In this document: in pieces, positions 36,631-50,705 of the stretch | How positions within the stretch are numbered: position 1 is the stretch's first letter | How the letters are laid out: each line of letters starts with the position of its first letter | Notes under the pieces: generated by a model | What the model was told of the DNA's origin: nothing | The model's database searches: none | What the model saw: the letters and a program-made list of their open reading frames with translations, nothing else | Position numbers and translations under genes: made by a program | Assembly: GCA_964016885.1 (NCBI GenBank) | Contig: OZ024746.1 | Coordinates: 101,494,001 to 101,558,000 of the forward strand | Reading direction: 5' to 3' | Source: Eledone cirrhosa | Lineage: Eukaryota | Length of the DNA: 64,000 nt

Positions 36631-37669
36631 CAATGACAAGAAGTATTTAGATATAATGGTGATAAATGTTATATCACTTATATTTATGAAGATATCCAGT
36701 TAACCGTTGTACATAGTTCACTCTCACCAATTTTCCATCTAAACTTTTTCATAAATAATTCTAGAATATTTCCAAAAATAGCCAATCAACAATATTCAAC
36801 ACTTATAACAATACACTGTTTCCTAATCTACACTGCCAGCATCAACAGCTATAATTTAACAAGAGAAACAACTCTATAATTTAACAATAATTTAGATTTT
36901 TTTTCAAATATGAAAAATAAAAAAATAACTTAATTGATTTTCATTTTAATCTTGTGAAAAATGAAGATTTTTTTCAGTCATATCATTTTTCATTTCAATC
37001 AATATTCTATAAAGGAGAGAATGTGATAGAAGAGAGGAAGAAGATAATTACAGACACCTTCTGAATATCAGAGTTGACAGCAAACAGTTAGCAACATCCT
37101 GTTTTCATATTTAGTGCTGATAGAACTGATGAGGATTCTTCTACTGTTAGTGAATATTAAAAAACATATGAACTATTTAAAAGAGTATTTGTAGAACACG
37201 GTAATTGAGAGTTAATATAGGCTGTAGCTATGTGGTGACATCATTATGCATTAATTAGATGCAAAGCAATTAATGGAATGCTAAAATTCTATAAATGTAA
37301 AGCTGAGTGAACTAATCTCATCTACTTTCTATCTTAACTTTTAACACCCTGTAATGATTTTGCAGAAAATATTTAAAAATGGGTTTGTTAATTCAAATAT
37401 TTTTAGTATATTTATAATGGATAATTATCCATTATTTGCAAAATGAATTATAATTGATTTTGCAAATTGTTAACTTCTGTTAACAAACTCATGCTATGGT
37501 TTTACTTTGGTTAATTTAGCAAAAGTTATGATTACAAGATGTCAATGATCAGTTACATAGCTGAATGTGCTGTAAGAGATCTCTTCATCCCAATACTAAT
37601 GTTTCTCATACAACTAGCTACAGATTACTTATAACCACTCCTTGGATAACTTTAAACGATATCTTGTTT

Positions 37670-37723
<54 letters not shown>

Positions 37724-37784
37724 GTAGAACACTGGAAGGTAATATCTGTAGTGGTAGAGCAGTCAGTCCATGGGACAAGTTAGG

Positions 37785-37865
37785 TAGAAGTGGTTACACA
37801 ACAGTTAGTTCACCATACTGAGAACAATTGTTCTCAGTATGATGAACTAACTGTTGTATAACCAC

Positions 37866-37870
<5 letters not shown>
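37785..37870. repeat. 86-bp spacerless palindrome between two (TA)n tracts
   Basis: 43-bp arms centred on 37827/37828 (GAGAACAA|TTGTTCTC), two mismatches. Confidence 0.93.
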
Positions 37871-37953
<83 letters not shown>

Positions 37954-37954
37954 C

Positions 37955-38100
37955 CATTAGGAAGGGCATCTAGCCATAGAAACCAAGCCAGAAACAGGTT
38001 CTATATGAGCAAAACATGGTCATCTGACCTGACTCACGATGGGATGAGTCATCTAACCCATGCTAGCTTAGAAAAACAGTGATGGTGATAATGGTGATGA
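37955..38100 (+). mobile_element. RTE 3' UTR fragment
   Basis: TTAGGAAGGGCATCTAGCCATAGAAA..ACCCATGCTAGC matches the RTE 3' end at 59765-59900. Confidence 0.7.
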
Positions 38101-39124
38101 TATAAAAAGGAGAACAAGAGAATAACAAGAGGAAGAAGAAAGAAAGAGGATAGATAAAATAGATTTGGGTGAAAGTATAATCAAGTAAAAGCTGTTGAAG
38201 GTGGTGTCTCAGATTTGTCAGTGAAATTACCAAAACCATGAATAAAATAAAAGAAACTGAATGAAAAGAAGAAAAAGAAAAGGAAGAAAGCATGTGTGGT
38301 GATGAAGGAGGGGGGAAGTTGTGAGAAGTTTATTGCTAAGAATAGTCTTAGAATCAATGAGAGCTAGAATTTATGTCAAGAGAATAGTATCGAATATCAA
38401 CATGGGGAAGGAATAGAAAAGTTGTCGAGAATAAGAGAAAGGAAAATATAAAAATATTGAAAAAGAATACTATAAGAATGACTTCACTATATTTTTAATG
38501 AAAGAATAAGATTCAGTTTTAGTTTTTATCCACTCCTATTGCTGCAAGGTGGGGTGCTAGAGTTTATCTGAAACTTGATCTTATTGAGTGGTTGATAAAA
38601 ACTGTCCTTGGAGTGAATCAACCTCCAATGTTCTTGTTGTTACTATTGTATGTCAGCTGTGCATTTGTAAGTTGACCAATGGCACAAAGCTTGTCATTTG
38701 ATTTATTAAAAGAGCTGAGTGGATATTATAACTTCAAATGTTTTCACTTTAAATCCACTGCAGTCATTTCATGTTTGTATTTTGGCTATACACTTCTACA
38801 TTCCTCAGGGAGAGTCACTGGAGAGTCACTAGAGTGTGACAGCTGTACCATCCAAGATTTCATATCTTCAAACCAGAATTAAACACATTAGTAAACAACA
38901 TAAAGTGTTGTTGAATAAAATCTCTTCCTCCTCTTCCCACTTATTCCTGAAGGGGTCGTGGGGGCAGAGTCCTTAAACACTTCTTCCAGTGGTTCCTGTC
39001 AGAAGTAACCACCTCCATTATATTATTTCAATGATGTCTAACATCACATTCATCAATGTATCCCTTTTCTTAAAATCTTCTACTAATGACAAATTATTAA
39101 GATACAATTAATATTTAAAAGTTT

Positions 39125-39392
39125 TCGGAGCTCAGAGAGTCACTCCAGGTAGAGCTGCTACTTCTCTGAATTGAGAAATCACAGCTTTGATACTATGGCC
39201 ATGGGGTTAGAATGTCTCAGGAAGGAATCACTGGACAGATTTTACGGGCAAAACCAACTAGAAGGAGACCCAGAGGTAGACCCCCGAGCAAGATAACATC
39301 CATGCATTTGGTTGGCCTCGCTTGGGAACCTACTGAAAGGAATATTTAAGGACTCTGCCCCATGACCCTCTCAGGAATAAGTGGGCAAAGAA
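39125..39392 (+). mobile_element. RTE-like 3' fragment, same family as 18715-19270
   Basis: CAGAGAGTCACTCCAGGTAGAGCTGCTACTTCTC..AGAGGTAGACCC nucleotide match; inverted tail fragment at 38925-38980. Confidence 0.72.
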
Positions 39393-40669
39393 AAAGTTTT
39401 ATGACACCAAGACTGATGAGGAAATAAATCTATCTAGAATGGAGAAAATAGAAAAGTGTTTTTTCAACATTCCATAATTGTGCAACACAATTTTCAGGAG
39501 ATGTTGAACCAGGAGACTGACTAATAGAGCTTTAATTGACTAGCAAGGACATAGAGCATCAATTGGATACAAACTGTTGTCCCATCTGCCAGTAAGAGAG
39601 ATTCTTATCCACTCATCCAGCAGTGACTTAACAAACGATAATAATTTCTAAATGGTTCATTAATGTAGGTATGAATATCTCTAACCCATGCAGCTTCTCT
39701 CACACAGCTTAAATAACAGTGTTTACAGTGTTTAGAGAATGAACATAAAACAAACAATTAAAAAGTAATTGAATCTCTCCCCCCACCATGCAAACAACAC
39801 ATACGTTGACAGAAATATACAGACAAATGAAGACACACAGACAGGAATATACAATAAAGAGTTAAGAGTGAAGATGTTATTTAGCCTCATTTCAATATGA
39901 AAACTGATTTGAATTAACAGTTCAAACAGAAATAGAAATCTTTACAAACAGAATAGATTACACAAACATTTATATTCAGTTGATCTGAAGAGAAAACCAA
40001 GTAACTTTAAACTATGGAAGACATTGGGAAGAGTGGAGAGATAAGTTAATGTGATATGAATCATGTATAGCTATTGCTACTCTACAACAGTAAATTCTAA
40101 CCACTGATGAAGAAAGAACACTCTCATAAATATTTCCCATCTCACAGTAAAAACAACTAATTCCCACAAGCTAATGAGGAAGTCTCAACCAGGTTTCTTG
40201 GCTTACTAGAAATAGCAATCAAATCTCCCTAAAATTAAACCATACCATCTGAAAAAAGGGGAGACAGTGTAGACATAGATATATAAAAAATGTGAGCTGA
40301 TCTGGAGTTGAACAACAACTAACCCTGCATATAACAAGGAAGTACACATTAGATAGTGGAGTCTAGATTATACTGGGCATTAAAGATGTCCAATGTCACT
40401 AGAACACCAGCCCTCATCTCCTCTATATAGCTAATCCAGAATAGAAGAGAACTGCTTAATGATTGGCAGAAGCATGATAGAAATATATTCAAATGTGGCT
40501 TCATACAGGTGGAAAGTTAAAGAGAATAAATTAAAAAACATAGATAAAATACACAAAAGAAAATTATATAAAATGGTCCGACGCAATTTAATATTAATGC
40601 AAAATGATAACCCATCTGTGACCAGGATTCTAATGATTTGAATTAATTAATGAAGAAATTATTAATTAT

Positions 40670-41037
40670 ACTATACCCCCGTCCATAAACCTCCCACACC
40701 CCAACACCCAGCCACTTCTGTCCACACCATCCTTACATTGTAAAGTGGTTGTGTTGGTATCACAACAAAAAGCACCCAGCCCACACTATAAAGTGGTTGT
40801 ATAGGTGTCACAACAAAAAGCACCCAGCCCACACTGTAAAGAGGTTGTGTTAGTATCACAACAAAAAGCACCCAGCCCACACTGGTTGGTGTTAGGAAAG
40901 GCATCCAGCTGTAGAAACCTATCCAGAAACAGTTCTATATGAGCAACACACGGTCACCTGACCTAACTCACCTCTAATGGGACAACCTGCCTAATCCATG
41001 CTAGTGTAGAAAATGGATGTTAAACGATGATGATGAT
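40670..41037 (+). mobile_element. RTE 3' UTR fragment with internal tandem repeats and (GAT)n tail
   Basis: Matches 59555-59922. Confidence 0.8.
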
Positions 41038-41462
41038 TTCATAATTGACTTAGTAACTTAACATATGGTTCTTACATAAAAGTATGTAGAAAGATTTTAA
41101 TTTAAATAGGAACCTTTTAAAATGGGTGGCATTGTTTCATAGAACCAGAGCTGGTTTTAACTGGATGGTATTAAAAGGGTTCATTTGTTTTATATTTATT
41201 TTGTATTGTAATTGGTGAACAATGACATTGCTAGTTCTGACTGCTGGTTCACAGCATTTCTAACTGTGAAGATGACAAGGGTGTGTATAAGACTCAGCAC
41301 AAAAGATTTTGTTCTTGCAAAGGATTCTGTTTCAATGAACTTTTCCTCTTTTGCCAATAAACACAGATGAAAGATATATACATACACATATATTATATAT
41401 ATGTGTACACATATATATAATATATGTGTACACATATATTATATATATATGCGTACACATAT

Positions 41463-41615
41463 AACAGGCTTCTACAGTTTCTATCTACTAATATCCACTC
41501 ACCAGACATTGATGATTACAAGGCTTTGGCAGAAAATACTTGCCTAAGGTGCTGCACAGTAGGATCAAACCCAGAACTACATGGTTGCAAAATGAACTTC
41601 CTAACCACACAGCCA
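41463..41615 (-). mobile_element. tRNA-derived SINE, family B (degenerate)
   Basis: Minus strand TGGCTGTGTGGTTAGGAAG..GGGTTTGATCC..CACCTTAGGCAAGT (A box, B box, central domain). Confidence 0.7.
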
Positions 41616-41731
41616 TTCCACTAGCCCATTGTTTTCACTGTGACTAAAAAGTAACTGAATAAAGTATTTATTCAACTATAATCAATCCATCTTTGCGGGA
41701 GATTTGATCTTAAATATTTAAGGGTTTAGTC

Positions 41732-42005
41732 CAGGCATGGGTAACCTTTTTCGAGAAGCGGATCGCATGAGGTGGGCCGCAAGCGCTAATTTACATTCAT
41801 GGCCACATTAAAAAAAAGAGCAGTAACTCAGGTTGTTTTGATTTGTTTCTTCAAAATTCATACACATTGCTTTCCTCGATCGTAAAAATGATAGAAAGAT
41901 AAATTACGGCTGAAAAGTTGGGGTGAAAAAATCAGAAAGATTTCACTTAGGTGACTTAGGCGAGCCATTCAGAAAGCTTCGCGGGTCGCAGGTTGTCCAT
42001 GACTG
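41732..42005. mobile_element. hAT (Charlie-like) MITE
   Basis: TIRs CAGGCATGGGTAACCT / AGGTTGTCCATGACTG; 8-bp TSD GTTTAGTC / ATTTAATC (6/8); subterminal GGCCGC/GCGG motifs. Confidence 0.8.
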
Positions 42006-43237
42006 ATTTAATCCCTAAATGAAAGAGGGTAGGTAAGCTATTGATGGAAATTTAATTTCTACATTGAACAGGTTGTTGCTTAGTTTTATATCAGTTCTTA
42101 TCAAACAGACCCCATGATGTATTCCAGCTGAAACCATTCTATCTCTTTTGTTTACCTGAAAGAATTGGAAACACTTCCAATCTACTATAATCCCATACTA
42201 AATAATAGTGTGAAAAACCTACATCATAAAACGAAAATACACACACACACATTTGCGTGTGTGTACGTGTGCGTGTGTGTCTGATTTGTTGGACACATTA
42301 AGTGTCAAGCTTATATTTGGCAATATTTCAAGGATTAAAAAGAAAACAAATGAAGTAACTTTGTGAGAACATGAGCTAAAGTAAAGACAGACATTTTACA
42401 TAGAGTAGGTTTGTTTCAAAATCCAGGTCAATAGAATATATTGAACTGTTTTCTATTTTTTGATATACTATGGATTAATATAACTGGAGTTAACACTAAT
42501 CAAAATAGTACATCGGATCTAAAAAGTAATATAATAGAAAAAATTGAATTATGAGTGTTTTTTCATATATTTAGTTCTTACAGGCTGTATTTGAGAGTGA
42601 AATATTCTCTCCACGTGTGTATATGTTGTCTGTTTTTTTTTATTTTTCACTACACATTTTTTGTTACTGTCATATCTCATGTACGAAACTTGCAAGTTAT
42701 TTATTGCTATATAATAACTGACCAAAGAAAACAGACTTCAGAGGAAAAAGATAGGAAATAGACATGAGCATCTTTCAACTTTCAAAATGAGGCTTCATAC
42801 CAGAAACTTTTATGGCTGCTTTCATATTTTATATATTTCAATAAATAACTGGTGTGAGATTGAAGGATTACAAAAAAGAGTTCAAAAATCATTACAATGA
42901 AAGTTTCTATTTTAGTATTATATAAGAGATTTTGTATCCTAAAGTAGAAAAAAAATCTTTGTAAGTTAAATGGAGCCAAAAGCCATAATATTTTGTCAGT
43001 TGATTCAAGTAATAATACTAGAGAAGAAACATAGATTGTTCACATATCCACTTTCCATGTATGTGTGTATATATTGCCTTGTTTACTGCAAAATAATCTC
43101 TCTAAAGATAAGCACTGAAATCATGTACCCAATGTTTTATAAAGATTATAAGCTCAATCATTTTTTCATTCTTTTTCTATTATTTTATAATTGACATTTA
43201 CATACTAACTTAGGTTAAATATATATTTTTCTTTTTT

Positions 43238-43629
43238 GGTGGTTGTGTAGGTGTCATAACAAAAAACACCAAGCCCACACTGTAAAGTGGTTGTGTAGGT
43301 TCACAACAAAAAACACCAAGCCCACACTGTAAAGTGGTTGTGTAGGCGTCATAACAAAAAACACCAAGCCCACACTGTAAAGTGGTCATGTAGGTGTCAC
43401 GACAAAAATCACCCAGCCCACACTCTAAGGTGGTCATAGGTGTCACAACAAAAAAAAACCCAGTCCACACTGTAAAGTGGTCATGTAGGTTTCATGACAA
43501 AAAGTACTGTAAATGTGGTTGGCATTAGGAAAGCATCCACCTGACCCAATTTACCTCAAATGGGACAACCTGTCTAACCCATGCTAGCATGGAGAGTGGA
43601 CATTAAACGGTGATGATGATGATGATGAT
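43238..43629 (+). mobile_element. RTE 3' UTR fragment with about 6 tandem ~48-bp units and (GAT)n tail
   Basis: GTAGGTGTCA.AACAAAAAACACCAAGCCCACACTGTAAAGTGGT repeated, then ACCCATGCTAGCATGG..GATGATGAT. Confidence 0.8.
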
Positions 43630-44554
43630 ACTGTGTGACAAGCTGATCCTTTAAATTACAGTCCCTTTCACAGGCTTCCCTCTAACTAGTTTCACTCACA
43701 AAAATAGGTTGATCTCACATTTTCTCAACATCCCACAGGGATTGAATCTGGGGACAATTTAGCCATGCCACATTCACACTATTCATTATTCAATCACTTA
43801 AAAAGCAAAATGTACTTCCAGGTATAAATAGACTAAAATTGCAATAATTTAGTAGGAATTTCTCAAAGAAGCTCCAATAAAAACCAACAGTTATAAGTGA
43901 GATGGGCTGTTGATAGAGATATCATCATCATCATCATCATCATAAGTAATGTTTAGAGATTTGAAATAAAACATGCTGTTGGAACTAAAAATAACACAGC
44001 ACATGTAAATCATTTTGACAATAATCCTCAGACATCGATGGCATGTGCTACAATGGCAATGCTAAGACAACAATTTAATGTACCCTAAATTAGTTAAAAT
44101 CACATTATTATAAAATTTACTCTTGCAAAAACATTACAATGAAGGTAAAACTAACCATTTGAAATTTGCTTCTGATGAAATTGCAAGAATTTATGCTGAT
44201 CCTACACATTTGACAATGGTGACACCTGATGTGGTGCATTTTTTATTTATTTAGATGGCGTTCTCAATCAAGATAACTATCACTAATGGTTTCAACAAAA
44301 TCAAAACTGGATAAAAGAAGGCGGCTTTCTCCCTCCAACAACCAATGTTTGGGCTGTAATTTGACAAAAGTATCACAAGTAAAAGGTATCTTACGGTGTC
44401 ATGTGATTGGTTCTGATCAAATACTATAGTTAATAATCAATAAATCACACTTATTTTCCTGCCCTCCACCCCATTAGGAAACAAAGGTATAAACATGACA
44501 CTACCAGGATGATAAATGGGAGAGGGACCTCTTGATATACCCGAGACTTTGTGA

Positions 44555-44801
44555 TCCGCCTTTTGTCAGGTTTTATTTTTTGTCCTGTTGGGTGTCCCAA
44601 ATTACCCTCCTCACCAAATAAATTTGGTGGGGTTGCCGGTTTAGTCGCCGACGAACTGACCATGCAACAGGTTGTACTAGGTTACATGCTACCAGTAGTA
44701 CTCAAGAGTGACCTGACAGGCAACCCCACCAAGTTTACTTGGTGAGGAGGGTGATTTTGGACACCCTGCAGGACAAAAAACAAAACCTGACAAAGGGCGG
44801 A
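44555..44801. repeat. Inverted repeat (~100-bp diverged arms) of an interspersed-repeat segment
   Basis: TCCGCCTTTTGTCAGGTTTT..CCCTCCTCACCAA..TTGGTGGGGTTGCC versus GGCAACCCCACCAA..TTGGTGAGGAGGG..AAAACCTGACAAAGGGCGGA. Confidence 0.85.
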
Positions 44802-45087
44802 AGAACTCAAGATTCAACAGCCATCTAAAAAAAAAAAAAAAATCTTGCCAAATCAATGGGTGGCAGTAGTTCCAGCTGCACGCATCGAAAGATTGGTGTA
44901 GTGGTTCTGAGAACAATGTGGCTTTGCAGATGATCCATACAAATTGACAATGGAAAGGTGCCTCCGCTCGAGTTAGAGTATATGTTGGTTAGTTACCAGG
45001 GTAGAGCACTCAACGTAGTTGCAAGGTAGAGCACTCAACGAAGTGTGTAGGTGGGTCTGTTTATTCTGGAGTAATTTAAAAACAAGA

Positions 45088-45332
45088 CAGTGATAGCCAT
45101 TATTCAACAGCTATGACCTCATCAGACAGCTAGAACTTGAACAGAAAACCAGAAAAACATAATGATGAAGTATGGCGTTGTTTTCTCAAGCAAGGCCATA
45201 CTTTGGGACTGGGCATATCAAAAGATCGAAATAACGGAGGTAAACTTCGCTCCAGCATTATGTTTTTCTGTTTTTCCTGTTCAAGTTCTAGCTGTCGGAT
45301 GAGGTCATAGCTGTTGAAAATGGCTATCACTG
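45088..45332. mobile_element. MITE-like foldback with ~80-bp TIRs
   Basis: CAGTGATAGCCATT..CAACAGCTATGACCTCATC.. mirrored by ..GATGAGGTCATAGCTGTTG..AATGGCTATCACTG; no clear TSD. Confidence 0.8.
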
Positions 45333-45397
45333 AAATATATATAACAGCAATTATGAATAAACGAAGTTAATTTTAACCTGTTGACTTACACCTGTTG

Positions 45398-45449
<52 letters not shown>

Positions 45450-45898
45450 TACACACACACATACAGGCAGAGACAGATTACTAAAGATGAAACCAAAGTT
45501 ATGGACAAATAAAAATATAGGCAAGTTCAAATATATGTAATGTGTGCTCATAAGAAATATTTATTTAATAGGGTGTTTGGGTCAGTTTTTATCCCAAACA
45601 GAGATCACTCTCGTCTAATTGTTGCAGACTTGAACTAAAAATATTTTCTGTCACTTATGACAAAAAACGGTTTTTCCTAAGTCCATACTGATAGTTTAAA
45701 ATAAACTAAATTCTTTTACACCAGCAAATATATGAAATTTGGAATTGGGGGAATGTCGACAATTGTGGTTTATATTCTTCTAGTTTCTCTTATGTAAATA
45801 TTAGTTGAAACATACAAAAAAATGTGGAATTAGAGTGGAAGAGTGTAAAATGATAGATATTAACAAAAGAAGATCACATAGCTAGCAAACCATATTAT

Positions 45899-47081
45899 AT
45901 ACAACAGATGTCGACATCTTTCACACAACAGCTGTTGACATCTTTCATACGACAGATGTCGACATCTTTCACACAACAGCTGTTGACATCTTTCATACAA
46001 CAGATGTCGACATCTTTCACACAACAGCTGTTGACATCTTTCATACAACAGATGTCGACATCTTTCATACAACAGATGTCGACATCTTTCATACAACAGA
46101 TGTCGACATCTTTCATATAACAGATGTCGACATCTTTCCCACAACAGATATCGACATCTTTCATACAACAGATGTTGACATCTTTCACACAACAGATGCT
46201 GACATCTTTCACACAACAGATGTTGACATCTTTCACACTACAGATGTCGACATCTTTCATACAACAGATGTTGACATCTTTCATACAACAGATGTTGACA
46301 TCTTTCATACAACAGATGTTGACATCTTTCACACAACAGATGTCGACATCTTTCACACAACAGATATTGACATCTTTCATACAACAGATGTCTCACATCT
46401 TTCACACAACAGCTGCTGACATCTTTCATACAATAGATGTTGACATCTTTCACACAACTGATGTTGACATCTTTCATACAACAGATGTCGACATCTTTCA
46501 TACAACAGCTGCTGATATCTTTCATACAATAGATGTCGACATCTTTCACACAACAGCTGTTGACATCTTTCAGACAACAGATGTTGACATCTTTCATACA
46601 ACAGATGTTGACATCTTTCACACAACAGCTATTGACATCTTTCATACAACAGCTGTTGACATCTTTCACACAACATATGTCGACATCTTTCATACAACAG
46701 ATGTCGACATCTTTCATACAACAGATGTTGACATCTTTCACACAACAGCTGCTGATATCTTTCATACAACAGATGTCAACATCTTTCATACAACAGCTGT
46801 CGACATCTTTCACACAACAGATGTCGACATCTTTCACACAACAGCTGTTGACATCTTTCACACAACAGCTGTTGACATCTTTCATACAACAGCTGTTGAC
46901 ATCTTTCACACAACAGATGTCAATATCTTTCATACAACAGATGTTGACATCTTTCACACAACAGATGTTGACATCTTTCATACAACAGATGTTGACATCT
47001 TTCATACAACAGATGTTGACATCTTTCACACAACATATGTCAACATCTTTCATACAACAGATGTTGACATCTTTCACACAA
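45899..47081. repeat. 24-bp minisatellite (ACAACAGATGTCGACATCTTTCAT)n
   Basis: About 49 copies; unit contains the palindrome AGATGTCGACATCT; source of long repetitive ORFs. Confidence 0.95.
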
Positions 47082-48968
47082 AAGGTGTCGTCTTGTAGAG
47101 AAAACACAGCACTGGTACAGATATATGATGTAAATGAATGATGACAAAATAAGTGCAGAGCAATGAAAGTGAAAGAAATGTGCAGAAAAGAAATACCAAA
47201 GAAGACATGGATAGTAGTAAAAGATGACAAAGAACTTGATAAAAGACTGCAACAATTGGTGAGATGCTGGGCTGAAGCTGATCTCCTGGACATGTAACGG
47301 TGATAAAAACAAAAATAACTTTATCAAATATGAAACAGACATGAAGGTTTAATAAAATACAAATGTGACTTGCCACACCATTTTGTGTTGTGTGTATTGT
47401 TTCGTTGAAGCTATGTTAGTTAGTAGAGTATATGTTAGTTGTATATCTGTTGTTAGTAGAGTATATGGTGGTCATAGTCTGATATATGTTATGTCTATGG
47501 AAGGCAATAAAGTAATAACTATTGTCCAATTGTAACTGTAATAATTTTATTGTTGTTTAATTAAGCAGAATTGTTAATTATTGAACAATTAAGAGAGCTT
47601 TAAATTATTGAAATAGACAATTCAATTACCTTTATTTGAATTAATATTTTCTTCTCAAAATTATTTATCTTACCTCAAAATCTTGAAGAATATTTAAAAG
47701 ATTAACTTGTGGTATAATGTGGAAATGTTTAAATGAAGTTGGCCAAAGGCTTTTTATAAGTATACGATAAACCTCTGATGCTTAATTTAAAGATAATACA
47801 TTGGATAAATTCATAATATTTACAGTTTAATAATAAATAAATAAATAAGGATTAAGCAGCTGGGTTTATGGTCCCTTACTTATGAAGTTGCAACTAAGAT
47901 ATTTCAATATGATAATTCCACATGAATTTAGATAACTCTAATTGCATATTTGTATCAGAAAGACAGCATTTATAATTCAAAGCCCCTTCCCTTCCAAATA
48001 TACTTAAATCTGAACAGCTGTTAATATCATAACAGTAAGGAAATGCAGGCATTAAACGATGAAAAGAAGTTTTTTTTAAAGTGGGACTGTGCAAAAATGA
48101 TTGGTATATCAGAAAAGTTACACTTAACATATAAACACACATTCTTGAATGCATATATCAGAATTTCATTTTTTTTATAGGATATGGGTAGAGGATAGAG
48201 TTTTGCCCATGGCAGGTCTACTAAAACTGTCAAGATAGTAGTGTTTAAGGTTTCTCTTGAATATGTGGTAGACTTAACCCAATTCCCAGTTTAACACCAG
48301 CACCTGGTCCAACTTTTGCCAGGTCTATGGTTGCAAGAGATTCTCTCTCCACCCCTCCAGCCAGTTTTCTAGACCCTCTAAAGTGTCATACCGATTATCA
48401 GTCTCTTCTTTCTTGACTAAGTGATAAAAAATAAAACTCTCCAACAAAACATATCAAATTGACAATAAGTTTGAGTAGTGAAAACTTTCCATGGTAGCAT
48501 GGGTTCTATCTCTTAATGAATCATTAGATAGACAGACAAATAGATAGATAGATATGAATAGGTTTCATTGAAAATTCTTTATGTTGAAAGGAGCGAAAAC
48601 TGCATTTTGGGGCTGACAGTTTCTCCCAAAAGAATGAAAGTCAAAGTCGACCAGGATTTGAACTGTCAGTGCAGGGAGTCAGAACAAATAGCTAATACTC
48701 TAGCAGCTACGATAAATCCAATGTTTTAAAATATTGCCTGCAATAGATTGAAAGCAGATTTCAATACAATGGAAGACTAGAGAAGTTCAGCAATCCCTAT
48801 TAAGACAACACTACATTTACTAGGAATAATTAGGACCTATTCAATGAAAATAAAACAATCTTCAACAATTTTGCCATGAGTAAAATGGCTTTGAAAGAAA
48901 ATGACAAATTGAATGTTATTTGTAATGGAATATAATTCACTACTAAATTATAAAACAGTAAAATAAAG

Positions 48969-49270
48969 CCACTACTGCCACCACCACTGCCACCACCACC
49001 ACCACCACACACTACCACTGGCACCACCACTGCCACTGCCACTACTGCCACTACTGCCACCACTGCCACCACCACTGCCCTACTGCCACACCCCCCCATC
49101 ACCACCACTATCCCTAACTACCACCACCAACACTACCAACACCACCACACCACCGCCACCATCGCCACCACCACCACCAACGCCACCACACCACCACCAC
49201 CACCACCACCATCACCACCGCCACACCACCACCACCATCACTGCCACCACCACCACCATCAACAACTACA
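48969..49270. repeat. (CCA)n-rich repeat
   Basis: Direct reading. Confidence 0.93.
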
Positions 49271-49375
49271 GTAACAATAATTTTCCTATAGACGTTAATT
49301 TTGAATGCAGTAGAATGAGAGAAAAGCCAGTGAAATAGATGTTAAAATTAACTAGCACTATAATTACAAACAAAA

Positions 49376-49553
49376 GGATTGGCAGTATTGGATGCCATGC
49401 TTTATAGTATAGAGTTATGGCCCCTTACGGTCTGAGTTCAAATCCCGCTGAGGTTAACTTTGCCTTTCATCCTTACGGGATCAATAAAATAAAGTACCAG
49501 TAATACACTGGGATAATTGCTGGCCTTCTGCCAAAAGAAGAAACAATTATTAT
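49376..49553 (+). mobile_element. tRNA-derived SINE, family A
   Basis: Same head, central domain and tail as 56576-56765. Confidence 0.85.
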
Positions 49554-49608
49554 TACAAACAGAAAGAACTGATAAGGAGACTAATAACACTGAGGTTTTA
49601 CACATATT

Positions 49609-49814
49609 TAGAGATACTATAGTATAGAGATATCTCTATACTATAGAGATATCTCTATACTATAGAGATATCTCTACGCTACAGATATATCTCTACATTA
49701 CAGATATATCTCTACATTACAGATATATCTCTACAATATGGATATATCTCTACATTGTAGATATATCTCTACAATATGGATATATCTCTACATTGTAGAT
49801 ATATCTCTACAATG
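49609..49814. repeat. 19-20-bp tandem repeat of self-palindromic units (TATAGAGATATCTCTATA)
   Basis: Direct reading; about 10 units. Confidence 0.88.
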
Positions 49815-50705
49815 TTTTGTTTCCAGTGCACAATATTGTGGCATGGTAACATTCCTAACAGTATTGATGGCATCAATGTAGAATGGTTGAAAACTGTTCA
49901 TAGGTCACACACACACCCACACACATACACCCACACACATACAAAGTGGGGTGCACAGGACAAAGACAATGGAAAAAACAGAAAAATGGACAGTCCCACC
50001 TCCACAGTCAACTTCTGAAAATCACTGCAGTTTCAGTATTTTAAGGTTGATACTGTTCCTCCCAGTACACATTGAGATGTAACAAAGCAGGTAGAGACAA
50101 ATACAGGACAATTTATTCCTTTATATATCCATAGAATCCATATACAACTTATGTCAAATAGGAATTAAATGTCCTTACAGAAAGATTATTATAGACCAAC
50201 ATACCAAATGTATACTAAAATGGAATGATGCACCTTTTCTACTATTCCAAAGAAGAATTCCACATTATACACAAACATCGCAAATATCAAGCAACAGGAT
50301 TACACCACCACCACCACCACCAGATAACTAAAGTAGGGAGAATGATATTTTTCTCCAAATACCTTTCTCAGGAATTATTTATGTTTGGGACTAGTTAGAA
50401 GATGAGGGAATGAGAATTTGAAGAAGGAGTGGGGTGTATTTTTTCCATTAAAATTTCAATCTTCTCATACACTTAGATTCTTGTCTTTTCTCATCAAAAC
50501 AAAATATTCCTGAATGAACATTTAGAAAATATTTGAAAGTAATTATTGAAACAACTGATTTTTTAAAAAATGTAACAATACATTTATAACAAATTAACTG
50601 TTATAAATTGGAATAGCATGAACTGAATTAAACAGAGCAAATGTGTTTATTATGATGAATAGACACATCTCTGGATGTTTAGCTAAATTGTACATACACA
50701 TTTAA

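Noticed and set aside
45100-45325. Hammerhead in the 45-kb foldback (CTGATGA/CGGATGA..GAAA)
   Set aside because: No pairable stem II and no stem III with an NUH site.
45860-47293. Long Cys-rich or repetitive ORFs (up to 351 aa)
   Set aside because: The 24-bp unit is a multiple of 3 and open in several frames on both strands; minisatellite artefact.
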